Shown one piece after another: positions 11,326 to 24,135 of a stretch of 63,981 nucleotides of DNA. Every line of letters starts with the position of its first letter. Positions within the stretch are counted from its first letter, which is position 1. Source of the DNA: Octopus bimaculoides (taxonomy: Eukaryota); NCBI RefSeq assembly GCF_001194135.2, contig NC_068981.1, forward strand, positions 2,513,145 through 2,577,125. Reading direction: 5' to 3'. The position numbers and the translations under genes were made by a program. A model generated the notes under the pieces. That model was not told the origin of the DNA, did no database searches, and was given only the letters and a program-made list of their open reading frames with translations.

Positions 11326-12416
11326 ACAGAACACTACTAACCTTACCAATAATGCCACTAACACCCATACATTCCTTACACTATTCATATTATAGTATTA
11401 TATTGACCCTAACTGCACCACATCCAGAACTACTTACCCCCTTACACACAATCTTTTTACTCAGGGACTAATAGACCCGACACCGTTTTATAATCGGTGC
11501 ACATTCAAAGCCAGTGAACAGCAATGACGACACCGGTTTGACTTTGAATCTCTTTAACAATTCAAAATAATGAACTTAATTCCTCTTAATTCTACCTCAG
11601 TTCATCTAATTGCATTTATTTATTTATTGCTACTTTTCATAAAAAAGCCTTTATTTTTTTGATATTCAATGTGTATTTTCGCTTTTTTCTTCTTACTTTC
11701 CCCATATCTTTTCCACATGTAGTTTCTATCTTCTTTTTGAAACATATTTCTATTATATATATATATATCATCATCATCATCATCATCATCTTCATCGTTT
11801 AACGTCCACTTTCCATGCTAGCATGGGTTTGACGATTTGACTGAGGACTGGTGAAACCAGATGGCAACACCAGGCTCCAATCTGATTTGGCAGAGTTTCT
11901 ACAGCTGGATGCCTTTCCTAACGCCAACCACTCAGAGAGTGTAGTGGGTGCTTTTACGTGTCACCCGCATGAAGGCCAGTCAGGCGGTACTGGCAACAGC
12001 CACGCTCGTTATGGTGTATTTTATGTGCCACCTGCACAAGAGCCAGTCCAGGGGCACTGGCAACAATCTCATATATATATAATACAAAGAATATATATGC
12101 ATGTATACACACGTATGTGTACATACTTACATCTACATGTGTATATAGATGCATATCAGGGCACAGGACGCTAGAACAATGAACTACAGACCACGGAACG
12201 AACACATAGGAAAACAGATAGCTACTTGGAATTAATCTTTCATCAGCTGCCTCTATTCTAACTAGACATTTCGAAGATAAGGCAATATATATATATATAT
12301 ATATATATATGACAAGTGACCGAGACCATTGGTGATATGCTGTGCTTGGTGACAATAATGATTACTACAGATTATGGTACAAATATTCATTACTGGAAAA
12401 TAATCGTGATTCTTAC

Positions 12417-12473
12417 TTGGGTTTTCATTGTAACAACCAATTTGTTGACAAATGCGAAAATTTTCCGAGTTAA
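12417..12473 (-). CDS. Gene A exon (V)NSENFRICQQIGCYNENP
   Basis: Strong acceptor tattttctttgatattttcttccag and donor CAA|gtaaga; 57 nt, phase 1-1. Confidence 0.7.
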
Positions 12474-12559
12474 CTGGAAGAAAATATCAAAGAAAATATA
12501 TTAGGGTTAGACAGAAAGGAAGAAAGAAGAATAGAATGGGATAAATTAAGTTTCAAAGC

Positions 12560-12985
12560 AAACTTATGAAGATGACAGTCATGATGATAATGATAATGAT
12601 AATGATGATGATGATGATGATGATGATGAGGAGGAGGAGGAGGAGGAGGAGAAAACAATGATGAGGATAATGATCTTGACAATGATGATGATGATGATAA
12701 TGTTGATGATGACAACGATGATGACAATAATGATGATGATGATGGGGGTGGTGGTGACAATGATGATGATAACAGTAAAAATGACGAAGAAGACGGTGAC
12801 GATGATGATGATGATAAAGATGCTGGTGATAATAATGACAATGAAGAGAGCAGTGATGATGATTTTGATGGTGATGATAACGACAATGATGACAAATAAT
12901 GATAACGAGGATAACAACGAAAATAACGATGAAGATAACGATGATAATAATAATTGTGATGATGACAACAACAATAACAAGGAAG
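12560..12985. repeat. Compound trinucleotide low-complexity tract (GAT/GAG/GAC/AAC)
   Basis: Direct reading; source of several spurious ORFs. Confidence 0.95.
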
Positions 12986-13338
12986 ACATATGGAAGATGA
13001 GAAAAAGCCAAGTTGAAAGGTACAAAGATGCAATGGGAAGGATGTAGCAAAAGGTGTTGAGGAAGCAGATGAAACAGGCATGTGGACAACGGTCAAAGTA
13101 AAACAATGGGAAAACGTCGGATTGTGGTTTGAATAATTTATTTCAGTATCTCCTGACTGGCCCTCGTGCTGGTGGCACGTAAAAGCACCCACTACACTCT
13201 CAGAGCGGTTGGCATTAGGAAGGGCATCCAGCTGTAGAAACCTTGCCTGATCAGATTGGAGCCTGGTGCAGCCTCCTGGCTCACTAATCCCCAGTCAAAC
13301 CGTCCAACCCATGCTAGCATGGAAAGTGGACGTTAAAC

Positions 13339-13373
<35 letters not shown>

Positions 13374-13459
13374 GCACTTGCATTATTTTCGTTGTTATCA
13401 TCATTATCATTATTTGTCATCACTGTTGTCATCATCACCATCAAAAAAGTCACAACAAG

Positions 13460-13620
13460 GACCTCAGACAGACAGTACTTTATGCAATATACATGCAGTT
13501 CCAAGTAATGCCAACTTTTGCAATACACCTAGATTGTAGGGTATTTTTTAAATTTTCAGATGTTTTTTCAGGTTGGGTAGTATTGAACCTAATGCTCCGA
13601 TGACAATAAGGACACCCTTT
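13460..13620 (-). mobile_element. R4/Dong-clade 3' end fragment
   Basis: VLIVIGALGSILPNLKKHLKI*KIPYNLGVLQKLALLGTAYI. Confidence 0.75.
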
Positions 13621-13950
13621 ATTATTATGATTGAGTGAGAGATCAGTGATACCAAAGTGACACTGGGGTGCAAATATACGAAGCCCAATATACCCATCAT
13701 GACAACCCGTCTGATAAGGGTACACCAGGCACATGCATCACAATCATATGTGCGTGACATGGTGATCTCATATCAAGATAAACAGCGCATGACCTTGCAG
13801 GTGGGGCCCAGTTAGAATTTTCTTCAGGTCGAGTAGCCCATCCCACTCAAAAGGTCCCTGAATAAGGGTTATTTAAGGATGATGAACAAAACCCCCATGT
13901 TTTCAGGGATGAATTATTCAAACCCCAAATAATTCCTCTCAACACATGCG
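13620..13950 (-). mobile_element. About 330-bp SINE-like element with (AAT)n tail
   Basis: Unique-looking element ending ctctcactcaatcataataataa on the minus strand, recognised as a recurrent octopus repeat from memory only. Confidence 0.5.
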
Positions 13951-14012
13951 CCTCCCCTCCCCACTACTTCTGCTTGTGATCAGAGATGCACAAATCATCA
14001 CTGAAAGTGCTA

Positions 14013-14105
14013 AAAACCAAACATCCAGCCAACGTCATGGTGTCTGGAGTGATCACTAGTGATGGCAACGTTGTGCCTCCATTCGTCTTCCCACATGGCT
14101 CGAGA
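14013..14105 (+). mobile_element. Tc1/mariner-type transposase fragment
   Basis: KTKHPANVMVSGVITSDGNVVPPFVFPHG, resembling the HP..VMV.G.I region. Confidence 0.65.
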
Positions 14106-15640
14106 TGTCAATGTTATTTTCATTTTTGCATAATTTAGATGGGAGTTTATTCACCACACCCTATATCATCATCATCATCGTTTAACATCCGTTTTCCATG
14201 CTGGCATCGGTTAGACGGTTCGACTGGGGTCTGGGAAGCCAGGAGGCTGCACCAGGCTTCAATCTGATCTGGTAGTGTTTCTACAGCTGGGTGCCCTTCC
14301 TAATGGCAACCTCTCTGAGAGTATAGTGGGTGCTTTTTACGTGCCACTGGCACAGGGGCCAGAGTAGCTGGCATCAACTACGATCAGATGGTGCTCTTTA
14401 AGTGTCATCAGCACGAGGCACCCGTGAATCTTAGTCATGATCGCTGCCAGAGTCATGTTAAAGGCACCCATGAAGTGTAGCCATGGTCATTGCCGGTGTC
14501 ATGTAAATGGCACTTGTGCCAGTGGTACATAAAAACACCCATTATACTCCTGGAGTGGTTGGCATTAGGAAGGGCATCCAACCATAGAAATTATGCCAAA
14601 TCAGACTGGAACCCGGTGCAGCTCTCTGGCTCATCAATTCCAATCAAACTGTCTGACCCATACCAGCTTGGAGAGAGGACATTAAATGATGATGATGATG
14701 AAGGACTGAGAAAAAATGAAAATGCAATACTCACAGGCTGCATTTTGGCAATGAAAGTCTTGGCACATAAGTGATGTTCTTACTAAATTTCCAGTCACTA
14801 AAATGATAAAAAAAAATTCTAGTTTAATTCCGTGTAATACTGTGTCATATCGGAAATGAAGATCTAATGAAAAAAAGGAAAAAAAGGCAGACCCTGACCC
14901 GAGAAATCATTGAGGTTCATGAAATGATCATATCTTTTGTATGTCATCAGTGGAAGGTTAATGGCAAATCTGGGGTTTCGTTTATCTAATGTAGTGAATG
15001 AAAAATTTTGAATTTAGAAATGAGAGGAAAAAAATTAGATTGATGTGGGAGAGAATTCCAGTTAAAGACGAACAAGGGAGTTAACTTGAACAGTGATATT
15101 CAATGAAAAGTGAGTCTAAGCTTTTGCAAGTACTGTGAAATTCTAGGAATGTTTCAGAGTTGTATCCCTTGCATCTTTTGGCCAGAAATAATCTTTGAGC
15201 TATTTTACTCTTCAGTTGCTTTCTAAATGAAATTAACTGCATTATTTAATCAAATCCTTTATGTGAGTTGAACTTCATATAATACTTTTTTTGTTCTGTT
15301 GAACTATGGAAGTTTAATTTTGAATGTCTTTAAAGAATCTTATCACTGAGCAAAATGGTTAAAATAATATTTCTACAATAGATATTAAATTTGACCATGA
15401 TCGAAGTGTCTTCAGTTTCTCTATAAATTCTTATAAATTTTCCAAAAATACTAATAGTTTTTTATGTGTAGCAGTGGTACATTCATACAACTCAAGTCCT
15501 TATGTATAATAATAATGAACTTATTGTATGTATATAAATAAATATATAAAGTAACAAGCAAAAGAAAAGAATTCCTTTAAAGGGATGAGTAAAATATCCA
15601 ATTCACTGGTACGTTGGTTGAATACCACATAAATATGGGT

Positions 15641-15694
15641 ATCACCCCTAACCTCTGGCTACCTAACTCCCCAAACTGCAACCCCCTTGATTAT
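15641..15694 (+). mobile_element. Tc1/mariner-type transposase fragment
   Basis: ITPNLWLPNSPNCNPLDY matches the WPP.SPD.NP.D motif. Confidence 0.7.
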
Positions 15695-15773
15695 AGAAGT
15701 CGTTTTTTATATCTTCTTGAAGCTTACTAACTTCCTACACCTTGATCTTTGGATCTTACCGTTACATATTACT

Positions 15774-15896
<123 letters not shown>

Positions 15897-15921
15897 CATA
15901 GTCTATTGACTGTTTTTTTAC

Positions 15922-15934
15922 CCTCGCTAGACCA
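15922..15934 (-). CDS. Gene A candidate 13-nt microexon WSSE(G)
   Basis: ttttattttaccaccag|TGGTCTAGCGAGG|gtaaaa; phase 0 to 1, which exactly bridges the signal-peptide exon and the 12417-12473 exon. Confidence 0.45.
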
Positions 15935-16910
15935 CTGGTGGTAAAATAAAATTTCTAAAATTTTCTTTGCTACCCTGTATTTTATTAATATATATATATA
16001 TATATATATATATTAAATTTAATTTATGTTGAAAGTCAACAAACAAACTGAGGTGTATTGAAAGATACAGAAAAGGAAATAATTTTATTCTCAAACGCAG
16101 GAGAATGCTAATAATATAGCATAAACAGGATAAACTAGCCATATTTTGCAGAAAAATCTGTCAGCAGCCAACCATGAGCCTCAAACTCACAGGATTTATT
16201 CTTTGTAAGCCTAGCACTTATTCTATTAGTGTCTTTTGCAGAACCATTAAGTTATGGGATCATAAACACACCAACATCAGTTGTCAAGCAATGGTAGGGG
16301 TACAAACACAGATACACACACATACAAATATACACATCCCTGTTATTACATGTCAAGTGCTTTACCATTAAGCTAAACTGCTCCAACGACAAATTCTTCT
16401 GCAAATTTAGGATAAATAAGTCTAGCTTTATAAGACGCTATCGTACGTTAAAACAAATAAGTAACAAGGATGTCAGGGTATTAGTGCATTACAGCCATTT
16501 CAGGCAACTCCATTTAATTGAACAATGCAAGCATTACATCAATTTGATGATAAGGAGACAGATAAAAAATTATAGCTATGTTACCATCTCATGACCCCCA
16601 TTGTTATTCTTTTCTGCCACTCCAAATTATAGTTGGGGTATTTTTCTCCCTAAGTTTATTCTGTGATAATAATAGCAGCATGTAATTCTTTTATTCTCTA
16701 GTTCTGATGAAATATTTGCTAAAACTTATAATGGAGTATCCTATATGTTGAAAACCTATGGCCTTATGCATCCGAAGATGGCAGTGTATTTCAAAGATTT
16801 TGTTTTTCCCATGCTGGACACTTGATACGATCTTTATTTTAAATAACGGTCTTATCCTTTTATACACACACACACACACACATATATATGAATAAAAATA
16901 AGATCAAGAT

Positions 16911-17005
16911 ATCTTTGGCCTGAAGAGTAGCCTGCGGTATACACCTCACTTGGATGTTTACCATTTCCGAGGTTCTGCTCGGTATGAAACATATGTAGCC
17001 CAGAT
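16911..17005 (+). ncRNA. Type-I hammerhead ribozyme-like motif
   Basis: ATCT-TT-GGC CTGAAGA GTA..TAT GAAAC ATAT GTA GCC-C-AGAT; stems I-III and both core boxes are present. Confidence 0.6.
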
Positions 17006-17026
17006 CTTATCTACTCCATTTCTTAA

Positions 17027-17065
<39 letters not shown>

Positions 17066-17071
<6 letters not shown>

Positions 17072-17410
17072 AGAAAAAGAAAGTGGAGATTGTGAAGTTA
17101 ATAATTGTTTATTATTAATAGCAAATTAATCATCATCCCTTACAGCTATTTCAATTAATACTCAGTAAATATTAAGTAAATATTAAACTTATATTCATAT
17201 GACTTGTGCATAATATCTTCAGAGGATAAAAAATATATCCTTGGATGTTTTATATTTGTCTATGGATTCATTACAGAAGACTGAATAATCATTTACTTAA
17301 AATTTACTGAGTATCAATTGAAACAGCTGTAAGGGATGATGATTAATTTGCTGTTAATAATAAACAATTATTAACTTCCCAATCTCCATTTTCTTTTTCT
17401 TATTTTATAT
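17066..17410. mobile_element. Foldback/MITE-like element with roughly 110-bp inverted arms between TA-rich flanks
   Basis: Left gaaagtggagattgtgaagttaataattg...gtaaat matches the reverse complement of right atttac...caatctccattttc. Confidence 0.85.
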
Positions 17411-19104
17411 GAATATAAACTATATGTTTTTATATATACACCTATTATTTTAAGGAAATTTATTCCCCCAAAATACTAGGTATTGAACCAGTATCTCCTT
17501 GGATGAAACCATCCCTTCATGAAGTTAACATAACTTCTAATCGTGTATATATATATACTTATCTCCAAAATGTATTTCAAAACATGTGTAGAAGAGTCAA
17601 CTTCTGTATTGAAAATGAAGGATGACATTTTCAACACTTCTTATAAAGATTTTGTAAAGTCTTGTAAAGTCTAATATATTCTTTTGTTTCTCTCCTTTTT
17701 TTTCTCTCCTTTTTGTCTCTCCTTGTTTCTTTCTGTGTTCCTTTCTGTGGAAGAGTATCGGCTTGAAGCGTTAAAGACTTTTTCAATTCCCGAGAGTTAT
17801 ACTAATACATCTGTTTGTTTTCTACAACACCTGTCTTTGTCTTTTGTCTTTTTGTGAATTCTCCCTATATTCTTTTGTAGTCTTAGAACATCTTATAAAT
17901 ATTTATTTTGCAATAAAATACTGCAGAGAGACTTTTTGAACACCCGGTACTATTTCTTCCAGCTCTTCACATTCTGAGCTCAATTTCCACCAAGACCGAC
18001 TTTGATCCTTTTGGGATTGATAAAAATATATATATAAGGGAAGCACTGGGGTCAATGTAATTGGCTAAACCCGTTCACCCTAAAATCTTTGGCCTTGCAC
18101 TAAAATTAGAAAGAAATATTTAATTAGAGTTGTTGGCAGACTGATCAAAATTAATTAACAAAAATCTCATGTGATAGTGATAATGATGATGATGATGGTG
18201 ATGACAATGTGGTGATGATGGTGATGATGATGATGATGATGATGATGATACTCAAGGCCAAAATATGGGCGGGGAGTCTTAAAAATAACTGTGAAAATAA
18301 GAAAAATAAAAAAACTGGAAACAAAGAAATTAATTAACAAATTAGGTTGGACTTGATATTTTACTTCACACACAAAAATTATACTTGACATGCAACAACG
18401 ATAACAATAACAACAACAACAACAACAACAACAACAAAAGTAATAATTTCTAATTTTAGCACAAAGCCAGCAATCTCAATGGGAGGGAGCAAGTCAATCA
18501 CCTTGACTCTGGTACTTTATTTTGTTGACTCTTAAAATAACAAAAGCAGATCTTGGCAGGATTTGAACTCAGAACATGCACAGCCGGAAGGAATGCTTCT
18601 AAACATACAGTCCAGTGCAAATACCATCAGTCACTTTTTGTTAAGCCTGCTTTGACCACCCTCTCATACTGTGGCACAAAAGTAACAATTAGTCATACTG
18701 TTGGGCCTCACGGAGACAAAGTGGCTGAGTTCCTTTCGAGTGTGGGGTCTAATGGAGGTCATGACCAAGACCTTTGGCATTGTGCCATGCTTGACAAGAA
18801 GACCCATCAAGCCGAGCAAAATTGCAGTTGTGGCAGATACTGGTGTCACACAAATGGCACCCGTGCCGTTGGCATGCAAAAGCACCCATTACACTCTTGG
18901 AGTGGCATTAGGAAGGGCATGCAGCTGTAGAAAACCATGCCAAATCAGACTGGAGTCTGGTGCAGCCTTCCAGTGTGCCAGCCCTGGTCAAACCGTCCAA
19001 CCCATGCCAGCATGGACAACGGACGTTAAATGATGATGCTGATGATGATGATGATGATGATGATGATATAATTTATCAGTTTGCCTTCTCCTGGATTATC
19101 TTCT

Positions 19105-19890
19105 ATACCCGTCAGAGTGTAAGTATCTTGAGAGAAAAGCTGAACATTAGAAGCATCAGTTGTGGTGTGCAAGAGAGACGATTGCGCTGGTATGGACATG
19201 TGGTGAGAATGGATGAGGATAGCTGCGTGAAAAAGTGCCACACCCTAACAGTTGAGGGAACCCGTGGAAGAGGTAGGCCCAGGAAGACCTGGGCTGAGGT
19301 GGTGAGGCAAGACCTTCGTACATTGGGCCTCACCGAGGCGATGACTACTGACCGAGACCTTTGGAAATGTGTTGTGCGTGAGAAGACCCGGCAAGCCAAG
19401 TAAGATCGTTGCCAGTGCCCCTGGACTGGTTCTTGTGCNNNNNNNNNNNNNNNNNNNNNNNNNNNNNNNNNNNNNNNNNNNNNNNNNNNNNNNNNNNNNN
19501 NNNNNNNNNNNNNNNNNNNNNNNNNNNNNNNNNNNNNNNNNNNNNNNNNNNNNNNNNNNNNNNNNNNNNNNNNNNNNNNNNNNNNNNNNNNNNNNNNNNN
19601 NNNNNNNNNNNNNNNNNNNNNNNNNNNNNNNNNNNNNNNNNNNNNNNNNNNNNNGGCACATAAAAGACACCATTTCGAGCGTGGCCGTTTTCGTGCGAGT
19701 GACACGTAAAAGCACCCACTACACTCTCTGAGTGGTTGGCGTTAGGAAGGGCATCCAGCTGTAGAAACTCTGCCAAATTAGACTGGAGCCTGGTGTTGCC
19801 ATCCGGTTTCACCAGTCCTCAGTCAAATCGTCCAACCCATGCTAGCATGGAAAGCGGACGTTAAACGATGATGATGATGATGATGATGTA
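19105..19890 (+). mobile_element. RTE LINE 3' end (ORF end plus 3' UTR and (GAT)n tail), spanning a gap
   Basis: ERRLRWYGHVVRMDEDSCVKKCHTLTVEGTRGRGRPRKTWAEVVRQDL..DRDLWK; related copies at 23160-23355 and 54565-55640. Confidence 0.9.
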
Positions 19891-21115
19891 GAGAAATGCC
19901 ATTGAGTTTAACAAAATTCTTTCAACTACCCCTCATTCTTTCTTTATCTTTTTTCTTTCTTTCTCTTTCTTGGTAACAGTGATGTGTTGTTCCAAAATTC
20001 TATCTGTCCATTTTAGTATTCAAGAAAGATTTGTCTTCACACAGCTGTTATATGAACAGATCATAGTATTTGGAAATGGGTAGGAGTTGTTTCTGCAATT
20101 ATTTTCCCTTTTCTAAGTTCATCTCTACAGATTTTCAACAGAGTTCAGAACCAGCAATGAATGTTGCGATGCTTCACATATGAATACATTTAGTCGCGAA
20201 CAATGCAACCAAAGTCAGCAAAATAGGCAATGAGTGTAATGTATATGCTTATTTCAAAATTTATTGCTTTTGAAATATGCATATACACCCGTTACCTATT
20301 TATTCTCTCTTCAATCACATTGTTTACATAGACCTATTCCTATACGAAACATTTTAATTTTCAGTGTTGGCTCTGAACTGTAGAAAACCTGTAGAAAAAA
20401 ACTTATAAGTGACAATATTGCACTGCTAACACAAGGTAAGGCACAATATTGACTTACAAACTTTTTATATACTTGGTAGTGCATTAAAGTTGCAAGCAAA
20501 GCAAAATACCCTGCCGTCGCTAGCAATTAATGTCTTCGATTTTTGTTGTGATTAGTGTTGCTATCTTCCAAATGATTTGAGTATTTCGGACATTTTCGGT
20601 CTTTTCAATAGCATGTAAATGCAGCCAGCCACATGCTCAGTTGAGAATTCATTGTCTCTGATACAGAAAAATGTGAAAATATTCACTGATGTTGCAAATA
20701 ACTGCCTGGCTGGATAAAAATCCAGCATGTGCAATTGAGGCAGTAATTAAAATAGCCATCTACATTAAATATGATACACAGATGACTATAAAAGCTAAAA
20801 TATTTAATTTTTATGAAGATTTACAGACATTGCTGAATGGTTTCAAACCAAATTATTTGGTGCCATGTAAAAATCACCCAGGCTGGTGCCACATATAATG
20901 CACCTGTACTGGTGCCATGTATACAGCACGTGCTGGTTTCACATACAAAGCACAGGTGCTGGTGCCACATACAAAGCTCCCAGTACACTCTGTAATGTGG
21001 TTGACATTAGGAAGGACATCCAGCCTTAGAAACCCTGCCAAATATTAGAGCCTAGGCAGCTTGCCAGTCCCTGTCAAACCGTCCAACCCATACCAGCATG
21101 GAAAACAGACGTCAA

Positions 21116-21147
<32 letters not shown>

Positions 21148-21734
21148 CATCATCATCATGGTGGTGGTGATGATGATGATGATGATCATCATCATCATCA
21201 TCATGGTGGTGGTGATGGTGGTAATGATGATGGTAGTGATGACAATGATGATGACAAAGATTTACAGAAATTCCTGAATGCAATCACAAATCAAAAGAAC
21301 GCCTAAAGCCAAATGATCATTTTTTTGCCCCCTTAACACCTTGTTAGACATAGACATAAAATGTCCCCTTCTTTGTAAATGGCTAATTAATTATAACTGA
21401 GATAAAAGTACAACTCTTAGGCGTTGGCATGTGATTCTCTTGGCTCTGTGATCCTTCAGCTTCCTTTTTCTAAAGAATAAAGTTAATAACCATTGTTTCA
21501 GAGAAGCAAAATAAATCATTAAAAAGACAATTGAATTTTATTCTTTTGCTCTAAATAATTTGTTTTCTGCTTTTTTATGCAACTTTCCACAAATAGACCA
21601 GAACTTCTGGTTTGGTTAGAAACAAATGTACCCAAACGATATAAAGGAATGATGGTTCAAGGTGAATCATGGGAAAATGGGAAATTACTTTTAGAAAGGA
21701 TTGTGTCACAATCATTGTCTCAATATTTGTTTCT

Positions 21735-22690
21735 TCATGTGTTTGTATGTGTGTGTGTGTTCGCATGCACGCGTGTATGTGTGTGTGTGTGTGTACATGT
21801 GCTTGTATATGTATGTGTAAGTGTGTGTTTGCGCATATGTTTGTATGTGTGTGTGTGTTCGCGTGCATGCGTGTATGTGTATGTGTTTACATATGTGCTT
21901 GCATATGTATGTGTGTGTATGCGCATGTGTTTTTATGTGTTTGCATGTGTGTGTGAATGTGTGTGTGAATGTGTGTGTGGGGGTGTGTACATATGCACTT
22001 GTGTATGTATGTGTAGGTGTGTGTGTTTTTGTATGTGTGTGTGTGTGTATGTATGTGTGTGTGGACATATATGCTTGTGTATGTGTGTGTGCGTTTGCGC
22101 GAGTGTTTTTATGTGTGCGTGTGTGTGTGTACATATGTGCTTGTGTATGTATGTGTGCATGTATGTGTGTATGTTTGCGCGAGTGTTTGTATGTGTGCGT
22201 GTGTATACATATATACTTGTGTATGTATGTGTGTGTTGCCGCGAGTGTTTGCATGTGTGCGTGTATATGTACATATGTGCTTGAGTATGTATGTGTGTGT
22301 TTGCATGTATTTGTATGTGTGTGTGTGTGTACATATATGCTTGTATATGTATGTGTGTGTTTGCATGTGCGTGTGTGAATGTGTATGTGTGAGTACATTT
22401 GTGCTTGTGTATGTCTGTGTAAGTGTGTGTTTGCACATGTGTTTGTGTGTGTGTGTGAATATGTGTGTGTGTGTATATATGTGCTTGTGTATGTGTGTGT
22501 GTGTATATATGTGCTTGTGTATGTGTGTGTGTGTACATATGTGTTTGTATATGTATATGTGTGTGTTTGCGTGTATGTCTTTATGTGTGTGAATATGTGT
22601 GTGTGTACGTATGCGGTTGTGTATGTATGTATAAGTGTGTGTTTGTATGCGTGTGTTTGAGTGTGTGTGTGTGTGTGTATGAACATATGT
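21735..22690. repeat. Compound (TG)/(TA) micro/minisatellite
   Basis: Recurring gtgtacatatgtgcttgt..gtatgtgtgtg..tttgc units. Confidence 0.95.
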
Positions 22691-23866
22691 ACAAACGTTG
22701 ACAATCAAATCTAATTGTTAAATCTATGTATGCATACAGGTTTAACAGTGTGACTTTTACATATATACATGATTATATATTCCTTCTATATGTGCCAATG
22801 TACACACGTATGCACACACATATACACACACACATCATCATCATCATTATTTAACACCCGTTCTCCATGGTGGCATGAGTTAGACAATTTGACTGGAACT
22901 GGTAACCCAGAGAGCTGCACCAAGTTCCAGTCTGATTTGGCTTGGTTTCTACAGTTGGATGCCATTCCTAACACCAACCACTCCTAGAGTGTAATGGGTG
23001 CTTTTTACGTGCCACCAGCACAGGTGCCATTTAGTTGACACTGGTAACAACCACAACTATGGTTCCACTTGGTTTGACGAGTCTTCTCAAGCACAGCATA
23101 CCGTAAAAGTGTATATACAAAAATATGTATATATATACATAAGTGTATACACAAGCAAGAATGGATGAGGATAGCTGTGTGAAAAAGTGTCACACCCTAG
23201 CGATTGAGGGAACCTGTGGAAGAAGCAGGCCCAGGGAGACCTGGGATGAGGTGGTGAAGCACGACCTCTGAACATTAGGTCTCACCAAGGTAATGACTTC
23301 TGAACGAGACCTTTGGAAATATGCTGTGCGTTAGAAGACCCAGCAAGTCAAGTGAGACCAAAATCCAAGGCCTCTGCCAGGGATGTAGCCAGCCCACCTA
23401 TACATACCTTTCCTTCATTGGACACTAAACTCCACTTGCGAAGACCTGTTGAGGCAAGGGAAATCGAAATCAAACTAAATTCAACGACTGGCACCCATNN
23501 NNNNNNNNGAGGCAAGGGAAATCGAAATCAAACTAAATTCAACGACTGGCACCCATGCCAACGTCTCCTTCATTGGACACTAAACTTGGCTTGCAAAGAC
23601 CTGTTAGGGCAAGCGAAAACGAAATCGTGATGGCACCTGTACCAGTAGAGTGCTAAGACCACCGTTCGAGCGTGATCGTTGCCAGGGCAGCTGTCTGGCT
23701 TCCGTGGCGGTGTATCAGCAAAATTGTCCAAATTTTAGATTCAGCTTGGAACCTTTGTATCTAAGGAATGCTTAAAGATAACTTAATGGAATTATCAGAG
23801 GTTTTTCCCAATACTATTGAGCTCTACTTTGAGCAAGAAAAAACGTTGATTATTCTCCCAGCTTAC

Positions 23867-23914
23867 CAGAAGAATTGTGATGAAGTTGACCATACACAAA
23901 AATGACATTTTCAT
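23867..23914 (-). CDS. Gene A first coding exon, signal-peptide part MKMSFLCMVNFITILL
   Basis: ATG at 23914, then a basic residue and a hydrophobic run; donor CTG|gtaagc (phase 0); candidate acceptor ctcccag near 23937. Confidence 0.6.
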
Positions 23915-24103
23915 GAATAATTAGCCATAGCTCAAGACTGGGAGCTCATAAAGGATTGAAATAAAGTTTGAATGGAAGCTTAAAGTTTTATTTCAAAGTG
24001 CCAGAGAAAATTCTGCCTGAAATTCTCTCTGCTAGGCATCAAGAGTTGTTCTTTTTTGGCAATGACTCCATAACCCTCCTCTTGACTGCAGTGTGTGTGT
24101 ATG

Positions 24104-24135
<32 letters not shown>

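Noticed and set aside
12230-12285. Minus-strand GAAATGTC...CTGATGA, possible type-II hammerhead
   Set aside because: Stem I does not pair; at best a decayed junction of tandem copies.
12553-13106. Long His/Ile/Met/Asp-rich ORFs
   Set aside because: Translations of trinucleotide microsatellite, open in most frames, with no splice support.
17559-17603. 45-nt phase 1-1 candidate exon (E)VDSSTHVLKYILEI
   Set aside because: Good acceptor but weak donor into a TA repeat; phase-incompatible with the preferred microexon model. Kept only as an alternative.
17740-17780. ctgtggaagagtatcggcttgaagcgtt, hammerhead-like
   Set aside because: Both core boxes are mutated; too degenerate to support.
20311-20526. 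Minus-strand ORF with tandem acceptors (VFYSSEPTLKIKMFRIGI)
   Set aside because: Only weak donors (gtctat, gtatag) before a stop; no homology recognised.
21577-21720. Plus-strand protein-like stretch NRPELLVWLETNVPKRYKGMMVQG
   Set aside because: Isolated; the ORF length comes from the TG repeat, and there are no partner exons or recognisable motif.
21712-22708. Long Cys-Val and His-Thr ORFs
   Set aside because: Dinucleotide-repeat translations.
23450-23560. About 48-bp direct repeat on both sides of a 10-N gap
   Set aside because: Typical unmerged contig overlap; likely an assembly artefact.
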